Below, piece by piece: positions 29,092 through 38,666 of a DNA stretch of 64,000 bases. Made by a program: the position numbers and the translations under genes. Origin of the DNA: an uncultured delta proteobacterium (GTDB lineage Bacteria > Desulfobacterota > BSN033 > UBA1163); NCBI GenBank assembly GCA_963827685.1, contig CAWHBU010000004.1, forward strand, positions 288,001-352,000, read 5' to 3'. Positions within the stretch are counted from its first letter, which is position 1; each line of letters begins with the position of its first letter. The notes beneath the pieces were generated by a model. The model made no database searches, had not been told where the DNA came from, and saw only the letters and a program-made list of their open reading frames with translations.

Positions 29092-30442
29092 TGATTTTGC
29101 CCTCGTCATAGTTAAACATCGCGTCTTTGGAGACATCATAATACGGAGGAGGCTTCTGTCCGACCCGGTTGTCCCAAGTCCCGATAACTTCTTCCTTCCG
29201 GAGTTTCTCGATTTCCTTGGCCGAAAGGCCAAGAAGCTTTTTCAGGACATAATTGTTATGGTAGCCTAATGGTTTGGCGAGCCACTTGATCCTGGCGGGG
29301 TTCTTTTCCAGCATTGCCGTTGGCAATCCCGCTGCCTCCTCCCCGTACATTTCATCGTTGATGTCCACAATACTCCCCCGTTCTCTTCTCCATTCATCTT
29401 TCACGACGCGCAGGTCATCCATGACCTTGCCGGCAGGGAAAGCACACTTTTCGGCCAGCTCAAGGACCTCATCCTCCATCTTGCTGCGGACCCATCGTTC
29501 CACAATCCTATTTATCTCCGCGGCATTTTCAGGTTTTAGCCGCTCCAAAGTATCCCTAAACTTGCTGTCACGAGATAATTCCGGCTCGCCCATTGCCTTT
29601 GCCAAGCCGGAGAATTGTTCGTCCGTCGCGATCGCAATCGCCACGAAATGCCCGTCGGTGGTCTTAAAGATGTTGGATGGGGCCATCGTTGGATCGACAT
29701 TGCCCGTACATTCCAGGTCCTTACCGGCCACACTCATATAGGTCCAGTTGGGCATGATCCTCATAATCGCCTCGGCCTGGGCCATGTCTATATATTGGCC
29801 TTTTCCATATTTGGCTCGGTAGTTGAGCGCAGCCAGCACGGATATGACCCCGAAAAGACCCGGCAGGAAGTCGCCATAATAATCCTGCAGCTTATACGCT
29901 TCCTTTCCGGGAAAGCCGGTAAATCTAGCAACGCCCGACATTGACTGGGCAATCAGGTCCCAGCTTGGGAAAAATCTCAGCGGCCCCCACTGCCCGTACC
30001 CGCTGCAACTGATGTAAATAATCTTGGGATTGATCTGGCTTACTGTGGTATAGCCGATGCCCCACGCTTCAGTCAACCCGGCCCTGAAATTCTCAACAAC
30101 GATATCCGATTTCTTGGCCAGCTCCAGGACCAGTTCCTTGCCCTTCTCTCTCTTTAGATCAATACCGACAAAATATTTATTGGGATTCAGGGCCTGGAAA
30201 TAAGGGTTGGCATCCTTGCGATACTTAGCCCAATAGGTCCCCAACCTCCAGCTATCGCCTTCATCCGGCTCTTCGACCTTAATCACCTCGGCCCCAAAGA
30301 GGGCCAGCCATCGCGAGATCACCGGGCCGAATATGATGCGGGAGAGGTCGAGAACCCTGATCCCCTTAAAAGCTTCCGGTTTCTTGGCCGCTTCAGCGGC
30401 GTTAAAAATCTGCTGGGTAAATGAAAAATAGTTCTCTAACAA
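29078..30442 (-). CDS. Family III CoA-transferase, probable catalytic subunit
   Basis: GIRVLDLS, GAEVIKVE, DIVVENFR, SCSGYGQWGP, WDLIAQSMSG, YYGDF (catalytic Asp). Confidence 0.92.
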   Translation of the reverse strand: MLENYFSFTQQIFNAAEAAKKPEAFKGIRVLDLSRIIFGPVISRWLALFGAEVIKVEEPDEGDSWRLGTYWAKYRKDANPYFQALNPNKYFVGIDLKREKGKELVLELAKKSDIVVENFRAGLTEAWGIGYTTVSQINPKIIYISCSGYGQWGPLRFFPSWDLIAQSMSGVARFTGFPGKEAYKLQDYYGDFLPGLFGVISVLAALNYRAKYGKGQYIDMAQAEAIMRIMPNWTYMSVAGKDLECTGNVDPTMAPSNIFKTTDGHFVAIAIATDEQFSGLAKAMGEPELSRDSKFRDTLERLKPENAAEINRIVERWVRSKMEDEVLELAEKCAFPAGKVMDDLRVVKDEWRRERGSIVDINDEMYGEEAAGLPTAMLEKNPARIKWLAKPLGYHNNYVLKKLLGLSAKEIEKLRKEEVIGTWDNRVGQKPPPYYDVSKDAMFNYDEGKINDGK

Positions 30443-30452
30443 TTTACGCCCC

Positions 30453-31160
30453 CTACATCCCCAAGTAGACTTCCTTAATATGACCGCTCTCCAAGAGCTT
30501 CTCGCTTGATCCCTCCATGGCGACCCGGCCGTTTTCCAGTATGTAGCCTCGATTCGCGAGTTCGAGGGCCTGCTCGATATTCTGCTCGGCGAGCAGGATG
30601 GTAACCCCCTCCTTATGCAAACTGCCGATGATCTCGTATATCTCGGTGATGGTCTTGGGGGCCAGTCCCAGGGATGGCTCGTCGATCATGAGCAAGTGTG
30701 GTATGGCCATAATACTTCGGCCAATGACCAGCATCTGCTGCTCACCGCCGCTCAGCTTGCTGGGGTTCAGCTTTCCTCTAACCTTCAAGATCGGGAACAT
30801 AGCCAAAACACGCTCCAGCGTTTCATGCCTTTTTTTCCAGGCCTCCCGTCTTCCGGAAGCTCCCATGTAGAGGTTTTCAATCACGGTCAGGTAAGGGAAA
30901 ACTCTTCTCCCTTCAGGTACCTGTTTAATTCCGGCTTTTACAATTTTGCTGGAAGGCAGGTTTTCTATGCGCTGGCCATAAAAGCTGATGCTGCCCGATT
31001 TGGCCCTGCGCAGACCGGAAATCGTATCCAGCATGGTTGTCTTCCCGGCGCCATTTCCACCGAGCAAGGCTACAAACTCACCCTGCCGCACCTCAAAGGA
31101 GGCGTCATAGAGGACTTGCACAATATCGTAAAAAACATTAAGTTTTTCTACTTTGAGCAT
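30453..31160 (-). CDS. livF: Liv-type ABC ATP-binding subunit, LivF-like
   Basis: GGNGAGKTT, LSGGEQQML, DEPSLGL. Confidence 0.93.
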   Translation of the reverse strand: MLKVEKLNVFYDIVQVLYDASFEVRQGEFVALLGGNGAGKTTMLDTISGLRRAKSGSISFYGQRIENLPSSKIVKAGIKQVPEGRRVFPYLTVIENLYMGASGRREAWKKRHETLERVLAMFPILKVRGKLNPSKLSGGEQQMLVIGRSIMAIPHLLMIDEPSLGLAPKTITEIYEIIGSLHKEGVTILLAEQNIEQALELANRGYILENGRVAMEGSSEKLLESGHIKEVYLGM

Positions 31161-31884
31161 ACTTTTTGCCTAAATAAGCTTCGATTACAATCGGATCGTT
31201 GACCACGGTTTTCGGCGGACCTTCGGCAATTTTCTTACCGTAACTAAGAACCTCGATGCGGTCCGAAGCCTCCATGATTACTTTCATGACATGTTCAATC
31301 CAGAGGATGGTCAGGCGATATTCTTCTTTCAAGCGCCTGATGAGTCGAATCGCACGCAAACCCTCCCCGGGGTTTAAGCCCGCCATCACTTCATCAATGA
31401 GAATTAACTTGGGGGTAGTTGCCAGCGCCCTGGCCAGTTCCAGCGTCCGGAGCTCGAACAGGGTTAAATCCTTGGCAAGTACATTTCTCTTGCCAAACAA
31501 GCCCACCGTTTCCAGACAATGGGAGGCTTCCAGCAAGGCGTCACCGAAGCTCAGATTGGCTCTGTGCTTCCCACACAGCACGCCGACGACGACATTCGCG
31601 ATCGCGGTCAAATCAGGGAAAGGCTGCGGAATCTGGTAGGTTCGGCTCACCCCCAGGTGACAGATCTTGAACGGCGGTAAGCCCACGATATTCGTCTCCA
31701 GGAAATCGATCTTACCATCATCGGCTTTATACACACCGCTGATCAGGTTGGTCAGCGTTGTCTTCCCGGCACCGTTGGGACCGATCAGGCCGACGATTTC
31801 GCCCTCATGGATATCAAAGCTAACTCCGTCAACAGCCTTTACGGCACCAAACGCTTTGGTCACATTTTCAATTTTCAGAAGCAT
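31138..31884 (-). CDS. livG: Liv-type ABC ATP-binding subunit, LivG-like
   Basis: GPNGAGKTT, RTYQIPQPF, DEVMAGL, EHVM. Confidence 0.93.
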   Translation of the reverse strand: MLLKIENVTKAFGAVKAVDGVSFDIHEGEIVGLIGPNGAGKTTLTNLISGVYKADDGKIDFLETNIVGLPPFKICHLGVSRTYQIPQPFPDLTAIANVVVGVLCGKHRANLSFGDALLEASHCLETVGLFGKRNVLAKDLTLFELRTLELARALATTPKLILIDEVMAGLNPGEGLRAIRLIRRLKEEYRLTILWIEHVMKVIMEASDRIEVLSYGKKIAEGPPKTVVNDPIVIEAYLGKKYAQSRKT

Positions 31885-31904
31885 TTTAAAGCCAACAAGT
31901 GGAA

Positions 31905-32948
31905 CTATATTTCTCTTTTACGTAATTTCAATGTCGGATAGTATTCCTTATACCGGTGGCTGCGGTAAAGCCCGTACAACCCCTCTGGTAAAGCCAGCAG
32001 GAGTATGAGCAGGATGAAAGGGAACAGGATGTAATGAATCGGCCCAATTCGCGTGAGAAAATGCTCCAACAAGGCCACAAAATAGGCGCCTACGATGGAC
32101 CCGTAAATCTCCCCCCGCCCGCCTACCATTACGATCAACAGGATTTTCAACATAAATTGCAGAGGTAAATAGGTTACGCCGGCAAACGTTCCGAAGTAAT
32201 GCGCGACAAACCATCCCGCAATCCCAATCATGACGGACGTCGTCGTGAAGGTGACGACCTTGTACCGGTTGATATTCAACCCCAACATGTTAGCCACGTT
32301 TTCATTGTCATTGATGGCAGCAGCATACACCCCCCACCTTGACCTGAGCACTTTATCCACGACATATAAAAAGATCAGCATCAAGGCCAGAGACATCAGA
32401 CAGCCTAAAAGATAATCCCGGCCGATATCCCCCACATCTATAATATGGGTGATGCCGCTGAGCCCGGTCTCCCCTCTGAATACCTTGTTAAAAATGTTCG
32501 TAATTTCCACGAAGATCAAGGGCAGCAGCAAGGTGATCAATGAAAAATAAAGTCCCTTGGCAATGACGGTTAGGCGGCTGAGCAGCAAAGCAAAGAAAAG
32601 GCTGACCAGGATTGTTAAAAGAAAGGTTTGCCATGGATTCCAGCCCCAGTATATGCTGGCCAGGGCCGTGGTAAAACCGCCAATGCCGACAAAGAATTGC
32701 GGCCCGAAGTTCATTCTCCCGGTCCCGGTGATTTGCCAGCTCAAGGGGATGGCAATGCAAGCGTATATATTTGCCATTGTGACCAGCGATAAAAGATCCG
32801 GTTTTCCGTTTAGCACGAGGGTCAACAACAGCAAAACAACAATCGCGATGATATGGTTTCTCCAGTATCGGGGTTCGATCGTCCATTCGAGCTTCAGATC
32901 CCGGAGGCGAAAAACAAGGCGTGCTCTCTTATGCTGAATTTTTACCAT
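31905..32948 (-). CDS. livM: Liv-type ABC permease, LivM-like
   Basis: Multi-TM; GLYFSLITL, GETG, MVGGRG. Confidence 0.88.
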   Translation of the reverse strand: MVKIQHKRARLVFRLRDLKLEWTIEPRYWRNHIIAIVVLLLLTLVLNGKPDLLSLVTMANIYACIAIPLSWQITGTGRMNFGPQFFVGIGGFTTALASIYWGWNPWQTFLLTILVSLFFALLLSRLTVIAKGLYFSLITLLLPLIFVEITNIFNKVFRGETGLSGITHIIDVGDIGRDYLLGCLMSLALMLIFLYVVDKVLRSRWGVYAAAINDNENVANMLGLNINRYKVVTFTTTSVMIGIAGWFVAHYFGTFAGVTYLPLQFMLKILLIVMVGGRGEIYGSIVGAYFVALLEHFLTRIGPIHYILFPFILLILLLALPEGLYGLYRSHRYKEYYPTLKLRKREI

Positions 32949-33817
32949 AGCGATTCGCTCCGGCCTATCCCCTGGGGGCGGAAAATTAGAACCAGGAAAA
33001 CCATAACCAGCGGAGCTACATTTGCCAGGCGCGGGTTAATGGCAAAGGAAACCAGCGCAGCGACAAAACCCAATATATAAGCGGCGATAATGCTGCCTTT
33101 GAGATTGCCAAGGCCGCCGAGAATGGATACGAGGATAGCTGTCTGAAGTAACGACCAGCCCAGCGTCGGCTCTATCGAATATACAGGGGCGATGGTCAGC
33201 ATGCAGATCGTCGGCGGGATGACGGATAAAACCATGGCCAGAGCGTAGATCCTTTCCGTATTTGTACCCATCAACTTAGCGGACTTAATGTCCTGGCTTA
33301 CCGCCCTCATGAGCAGTCCGACCCTCGTTTTCAAGAAAAAGATAATGAATGCGGCGGTGGTCAATAAGGCGACCCCAGCAGCCACGAGCATTTGATTGGG
33401 TACGGAGGCCTTACCGATTTTAGTGATACCCGGCAATAGGCCCGTCGGGAGATCCACCCCGGCCGTCACCGGATAAAAATAATTAGCGGTCTCTTCTCCA
33501 ATCATGGCTACGAGCAGAAGCGCCGTTAAGAGTATTTCTTCTTTTTCCAGATAGCGTCTGACGATGGGATAATAAACGATCAGCAGAGTAAAGAGACATT
33601 GGAAAGCACACATGGCAAGGATTGCCCACCACAGTTTAAATCCCAGCTCTTGCATAAACATCCAGGTGACATAGACGGTCACCACAAAGGCGATGCCGTA
33701 TCCCAGGTGAAAAACCCGCAATACGCCGCATATCAGAGAAAACCCGAGGGACTCCAGGAGATAGAGAGACCCCAGGATAAAGGTATAGATTAGGATGGTG
33801 CTGATCGTATCAGGCAT
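32942..33817 (-). CDS. livH: Liv-type ABC permease, LivH-like
   Basis: Multi-TM; GFSLICGV, GLLMRAVSQD, ILGGLG, RPQG. Confidence 0.88.
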   Translation of the reverse strand: MPDTISTILIYTFILGSLYLLESLGFSLICGVLRVFHLGYGIAFVVTVYVTWMFMQELGFKLWWAILAMCAFQCLFTLLIVYYPIVRRYLEKEEILLTALLLVAMIGEETANYFYPVTAGVDLPTGLLPGITKIGKASVPNQMLVAAGVALLTTAAFIIFFLKTRVGLLMRAVSQDIKSAKLMGTNTERIYALAMVLSVIPPTICMLTIAPVYSIEPTLGWSLLQTAILVSILGGLGNLKGSIIAAYILGFVAALVSFAINPRLANVAPLVMVFLVLIFRPQGIGRSESLW

Positions 33818-33931
33818 GAAATACCACTCTTCTAAATTCTGGTGGCAGCGCAACAACCGGGGCTCAATAATTCAAATGGACCCCGGAGTAAGTTCTCCTG
33901 GTGTCCCCCGGGGTCCGGCATAATCGGGCGA

Positions 33932-35254
33932 TTATTTTGCTGTTTTTGCTCGCAGCTCCTTGACGCGAATAAACCCATTTTTTGGGTTAACCTTTTGGAC
34001 GATGCCGGGAGGGAATACCGCTACCACTTTTCCGTTCTCCTGGAATTGTCCATACTGATAAGGCATATAGGGTGGATAACCGGTCATTGGATCATGACAC
34101 TTGTTAAATTTCCATGTCCAGCAAATGCGCTGCATTTGAACGGTTTCCAGAGCTTTAATAATGGCATCGAAATTGCTCGCTGTCTTCACGCTCTCCGCAG
34201 CAGCCTTAAAAATCCAGGGGCTGTCATAGGAAGGGTACGTCGAGTTCATCATGCCCGCGCCCTTTGCTCTCAGCTTGGTTAAAAAGGGAAGCGTCTTATC
34301 GGTAAACGGCACACTGATCTCGGGGTCAAGTGTAACCGCGCCCAGCGCTGCCCCGCCGGTCATTTTCCAGAAAGCGGCATAACAGGGAGCACCGGCCATA
34401 AAAACTATGTCGATGTCCTTGGCTGCTGATTGGGCCCACTGCTTGGCCAGCGTTACTGTATCTGTATAAGCGGTGATCCAGTAAATTGTATCTGCACCCT
34501 TGGCCGCAATTTCCTCCAAAATCGGGAGGAACATCTTTTCCTTTATGGAGTTCTGGCCGGTGTAAACGACATCGAGTCCCTTTGATCTGAAGAATTCAGG
34601 CAAGGAAGGCGTTTTCCCCGGAATTCCTTCTACCAATGGTTTGGCGAAGGCCATATCCTCAGCCATAAAAGCAAGTTTTTTGGTTCCAATGACTTTTGTC
34701 CATAACTCCCAGCTCTTTATGTTCGGATCGTAATGCCCTCCCCCTTTTTCAAAGGGTCTAAAGAAGAACTTGTATTTTTCATAATTGGCGCAAACCATAT
34801 ACGTCGGCTCATCATGGGCTACGAAGACGCCGAACATGATATGCGGGTATTGCTTATATAATTCGGCCCCCAATTCCATACATGAAAAAATAGGCTCAGT
34901 CGACTCCACGACTACTAAAGCACATCTATCGGTCATGACCAGCTTTTTATAAGCCGCTACAACAAGAGGGATCTCGCCCTTGGAATCCTCGATAGTCAGC
35001 TGAACCGGCCTTCCCAGGATCCCACCTTCTGCATTCAAGTCATCTACGCTAATTTCCAGTGCGGTTTTGTTGCTCAATCCCCAAGGAGCAGATAAACGGC
35101 CAATGAATCCAATTTTAATCGGCCCCTTTCCCTCTCCGGCAGCTACTTTGCCCGGTGTTGGTTTCTCAGGTGCCGCCTGCGATGCACCTCCGGCGACAAC
35201 AAACACGACCACGATTACGAATAATGCCAGCGTAAAGATACTTTTAGTCTTCAT
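33932..35254 (-). CDS. ABC transporter substrate-binding protein (type I PBP)
   Basis: Signal peptide, PIKIG, NAEGGILGRPV, EDS; AGGAGG RBS before ATG 35254. Confidence 0.9.
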   Translation of the reverse strand: MKTKSIFTLALFVIVVVFVVAGGASQAAPEKPTPGKVAAGEGKGPIKIGFIGRLSAPWGLSNKTALEISVDDLNAEGGILGRPVQLTIEDSKGEIPLVVAAYKKLVMTDRCALVVVESTEPIFSCMELGAELYKQYPHIMFGVFVAHDEPTYMVCANYEKYKFFFRPFEKGGGHYDPNIKSWELWTKVIGTKKLAFMAEDMAFAKPLVEGIPGKTPSLPEFFRSKGLDVVYTGQNSIKEKMFLPILEEIAAKGADTIYWITAYTDTVTLAKQWAQSAAKDIDIVFMAGAPCYAAFWKMTGGAALGAVTLDPEISVPFTDKTLPFLTKLRAKGAGMMNSTYPSYDSPWIFKAAAESVKTASNFDAIIKALETVQMQRICWTWKFNKCHDPMTGYPPYMPYQYGQFQENGKVVAVFPPGIVQKVNPKNGFIRVKELRAKTAK

Positions 35255-35363
35255 GGCTACCTCCTTTTCTATTTTTGTTATGTTGATCAATAATTGTTGT
35301 CTCGCAATGGAGTGTGTTAGCACTCCGACGAAGTGTATCTGTATTTGTCTTTACTCTCATTAG

Positions 35364-35435
35364 GAGGGTCTGTAGATCTCCAAAATTTAAGCTGACCTTT
35401 TCTATTTTTATTCTTGCTGGCTGGGGTGCTTCCAT
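35364..35435 (-). pseudogene. 5' remnant of an ABC ATPase gene
   Basis: RBS + MEAPQPARIKIEKVSLNFGDLQTL resembles the LivG-type N-terminus (KIENLTISFGGIRAL), then similarity is lost. Confidence 0.45.
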
Positions 35436-35478
35436 CTCTTCCTTCCCCGAGTGCCGCTTCTGCGTTCTGAAAGAAGGC

Positions 35479-36075
35479 CTATGATGGGTTCTTGAAAATT
35501 CCGTTAAAAATAATCCGGATATTCTGGTCAATGATTTCCTCCAGGCCCAGCCCGGCATTCTCCCTGAACCAGTACCCCAGCCAGTGGCTCATGGAGATGA
35601 TTAAGAAAGAGATTACGCTGGGGTTCTTCTTTTTATCGATATGGGGGATTTTCTTGAGCTCATTTTTGAGCAAGTGAAAAATCGCCTGCTCTCTTTTGTA
35701 CAGATCTCTCTTATTCTTCCCCGTCAACTGGTGCCGTTCGCGCAGGACCAACAGGCGGACTTCTTTATTTTGATTCAGATGATTGGCATAGGTGCGGATC
35801 AATTCCTGAAAGGCCTGTTTGGCATCGAGGCCTTTCGCTTGACTTTCTTTTATCTTCTCCTTCAGCACCCGCAAAAAGAGGTCCGTACGCTGGATTAATA
35901 GCAAAGCAAGAATATCTTCCTTAGTTTTAAAGTAGTGATAAACCCCGGCTTTGCTCATTTTGGCTTTCCGGGCCACATCCCGTAGTGAGGCGGCCTGATA
36001 ACCCTTTTCACAAAATACGATAGCCGCAGTATTGGCCAGGTATTCCTTCCTTTCGTCCAAGCTCAGTCTAAACAA
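35479..36075 (-). CDS. TetR/AcrR family transcriptional regulator
   Basis: AAIVFCEKGYQAASLRDVARKAKMSKAGVYHYFKTKEDIL HTH; WLGYWFR C-terminus. Confidence 0.95.
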   Translation of the reverse strand: MFRLSLDERKEYLANTAAIVFCEKGYQAASLRDVARKAKMSKAGVYHYFKTKEDILALLLIQRTDLFLRVLKEKIKESQAKGLDAKQAFQELIRTYANHLNQNKEVRLLVLRERHQLTGKNKRDLYKREQAIFHLLKNELKKIPHIDKKKNPSVISFLIISMSHWLGYWFRENAGLGLEEIIDQNIRIIFNGIFKNPS

Positions 36076-36153
36076 GAATCTGATCCTTTCGTTGAAGAAG
36101 TGGTGCAGGACGGTTTCTGACCGGCTGACCGGTTTCTCGACCCCCTGGCCGCA

Positions 36154-36181
36154 ATATTAACAGATCAAATTTTTCCGTCAA
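36154..36181 (-). promoter_or_regulatory. Putative sigma70 promoter of tetR, with candidate operator just downstream (about 36110-36136, TGACCGG repeats)
   Basis: TTGACG-16 nt-TAATAT with extended TG; ctgaccggctgaccggttt. Confidence 0.5.
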
Positions 36182-36198
36182 GAACTTTTTAGATGCCT

Positions 36199-36366
36199 CT
36201 GCAGTTCAGACACTGGACTTCAGACTTTAGACACCAGACTTCTCTTTTTCGTGAGAGCGCAAGTCGTGAGTCGTTAGGGGTTACACCTTGAGCCCCACGA
36301 CTGACGCCTTGCGATAAAAAGTTCAGTCTGATGTCTGGAGTCTGTGGTCTAATATCTGAATCACAG
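36199..36366. mobile_element. 168-bp nested heptamer-repeat hairpin element, copy 2
   Basis: Colinear with 14501-14668 with scattered substitutions. Confidence 0.75.
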
Positions 36367-36374
36367 ATATTTCC

Positions 36375-36596
36375 TTAACCCGGTAAATATTCCCGATATT
36401 TCTGGGATTTACTTTTTCTCTCCTCTTTCGTCCGCAGAAAATAGTCTTTGGACGGCGCAATATGATAGGTATAATGATTGTACGACACCTCCGGCCGAAA
36501 CCGACTGTCCGCCCAAGCTTTCTTCTCAAATGTCACGCGGATCTTCCCACCGGCCATACTCAGCTTTCCCCGAACCCCATACGTGGGACATTCAAC
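36375..36596 (-). pseudogene. 3' fragment of iron-sulfur flavoprotein, second remnant
   Basis: Same truncation junction as 23066-23287; CPTC changed to CPTY. Confidence 0.85.
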
Positions 36597-36610
36597 TCCT
36601 GAAATGAATT

Positions 36611-36871
36611 CTATTTGGTATTATCCTTTCTCTTTTCAGCAATTTTATTTCTTATTGCATAGAAAGGTAGAAGAATAATAAAGGATAAACCTGCCCACGA
36701 AAACATCATCCTTACTGCCCTGAGAGCGTCTTCCGCGGACAGGATCATATCCATCTGCATGGTTCCCAGTGCCTTGCCATCCATGACCAGCTTATCGCCC
36801 AGGCGTTTAATGGAATGAATCGACGCAGCCTCATCACCGATTTCGTTGCGTATGGTCACAACATTTTTCAT
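36611..36871 (-). CDS. Small 86-aa partner protein, copy 2
   Basis: Paralog of 23302-23562; ATG at 36871 aligns with the paralog start. Confidence 0.8.
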   Translation of the reverse strand: MKNVVTIRNEIGDEAASIHSIKRLGDKLVMDGKALGTMQMDMILSAEDALRAVRMMFSWAGLSFIILLPFYAIRNKIAEKRKDNTK

Positions 36872-36929
36872 ATAGTCGTGATCGAGAATCTTCCCTTTTT
36901 TCAACTAAGTTGTTCTATTCTAATAGCGA

Positions 36930-38474
36930 TCAGCGGAAGACCGGCGGCAGGAGCTGCAAATAGTCCTTACCGGTTATGGCGCTCGCACAAATAAAACCGG
37001 AGTGGGTAGCGCCCTCGACACCCCCTTCATTAAGGCGCTTCCCGTAAGTATCACCCGCAAAATAGAGTCCCTCAACAGTAGGGCATTTCACATCCACCCA
37101 TTCATCCTCCGGGTGTCTCCACAGGATACAGGTATCTCCAACGGTAAAGAACATCCAATCAAGCGATTTTCGCCAGCCCGGGAATGCAGTATCCGCAAAC
37201 TTCAACATCCTGTCGATCACAATATCTACTTTCTTTTTATCGTGCGCTTCAGTAGCCAGGATACTGCTGGCCATACCCGCCAGGTGCTTGCCTTCGGGGG
37301 CAGTGGTGGGCGCCATGGCAGACATAGCCACGACGTCGAGCGGGACATTGCCCCTGAACAGCCCTTCGCTCTCGGGAATCAACCAGGAAGTATGGTAGAA
37401 AGACCTGGGGTCCACCTCAAGCTCGCAGAAATGGCTCAGCGGTTTAGTCATGCCGAACTGGCCGGCAACCATAGAAGTATGTATTATCTTTTTAGTTAAT
37501 CTGACAAAATCCGCCGCCAACAATTTCTCCGGTATGAGCTTTAGCAATGCCTTTGGCGGGGCCGTGCAGACGACCACCGGCGATTTTATTTCCATGGCTT
37601 TGGCATCCATTTCAGCGACAACGCCGGTAGCTTTTCCATTCTGAATGATAACCTCTTTGACCTTGGCATTTGTAACTATCTCGCCTTCAGCGTCTTTGAC
37701 CGCGGTAGCAAAACCCTCTGTAATGAAACGATGCCCAGGTGCCCCGGCGAAAGCCCAGGAACCATTGGTTATATGCACCCCAGTCTCCATGACCTGTAAG
37801 AATACTTTCAGGTTTTCTCCGGCAGCGTTTAGTACCGGGTCATTAATGATCGTCTGGAAAGTCCCCATGGCATAGTGGAATTCCTGGGCCAGTTCACTTT
37901 TCGTTATCCCTTCTACCCAGTCCTTCAAGGTCACATGGTCAAGCTTTTCGGCCTCCGCTATCGTGCGAACCTGAAACTTGTGCTTATGGACCTTCACCAT
38001 CTCGGTGTAATCTTCATCGCTCATCCAGCCGTACTTCGCTCTTCTGCCCACGATATAAGGCTTCCAGTCATGGTCATACCAGACAAAGCCTGTATTCGGA
38101 TAGAAAATCGAGGCCTTGTTAAACAGTGCCAGGGCTTGGCTCACGCGCCCTCGGTTGGTGTACCAGGCACCCCTTCCACCCGCTTCGAGGACATATCCAT
38201 TAAGCATCTTCTTCTTTATCAGCGTGGGAAGATCAGGCTCAGTCCTATCACTAACCCAGGAGTGCGCAGATTGCGCGAGCGTTTTACGGAACTCGTCGGC
38301 ATCTATAATACCTTCTCCGCGGAATGATGTAGCACGCCCACCAATCTGCGACGAAGCCTCAAGGATGAGAACCTTCTTGTGTTCCATATTTGATAGTATG
38401 GCACCGACAACCGAGCCGGCGATCCCGCAGCCGATGACGATCACATCGTAGCTATTCGAAATTCTCGAAGACAT
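36930..38474 (-). CDS. FAD-dependent oxidoreductase, phytoene desaturase/amine oxidase superfamily, copy 2
   Basis: Same length (514 aa) and highly similar to 23620-25164; AGGAGG RBS. Confidence 0.88.
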   Translation of the reverse strand: MSSRISNSYDVIVIGCGIAGSVVGAILSNMEHKKVLILEASSQIGGRATSFRGEGIIDADEFRKTLAQSAHSWVSDRTEPDLPTLIKKKMLNGYVLEAGGRGAWYTNRGRVSQALALFNKASIFYPNTGFVWYDHDWKPYIVGRRAKYGWMSDEDYTEMVKVHKHKFQVRTIAEAEKLDHVTLKDWVEGITKSELAQEFHYAMGTFQTIINDPVLNAAGENLKVFLQVMETGVHITNGSWAFAGAPGHRFITEGFATAVKDAEGEIVTNAKVKEVIIQNGKATGVVAEMDAKAMEIKSPVVVCTAPPKALLKLIPEKLLAADFVRLTKKIIHTSMVAGQFGMTKPLSHFCELEVDPRSFYHTSWLIPESEGLFRGNVPLDVVAMSAMAPTTAPEGKHLAGMASSILATEAHDKKKVDIVIDRMLKFADTAFPGWRKSLDWMFFTVGDTCILWRHPEDEWVDVKCPTVEGLYFAGDTYGKRLNEGGVEGATHSGFICASAITGKDYLQLLPPVFR

Positions 38475-38666
38475 ATTTCCTCCTAATTCTTTTTCGCAGC
38501 CTTATGACCAAACACTATTTCCCCATTACGGTTTTAGGAATGGTCCGATCATTTTTAATAAATTGAACGTTATGAGTACAGAAGATTTTTCCGTGCCCTC
38601 TGCGGTTTGATAGGTTCTCATGGTTCCCGTAAGCGAGTTGGAAGGGCGAACCTTTTCGCAAACAAA

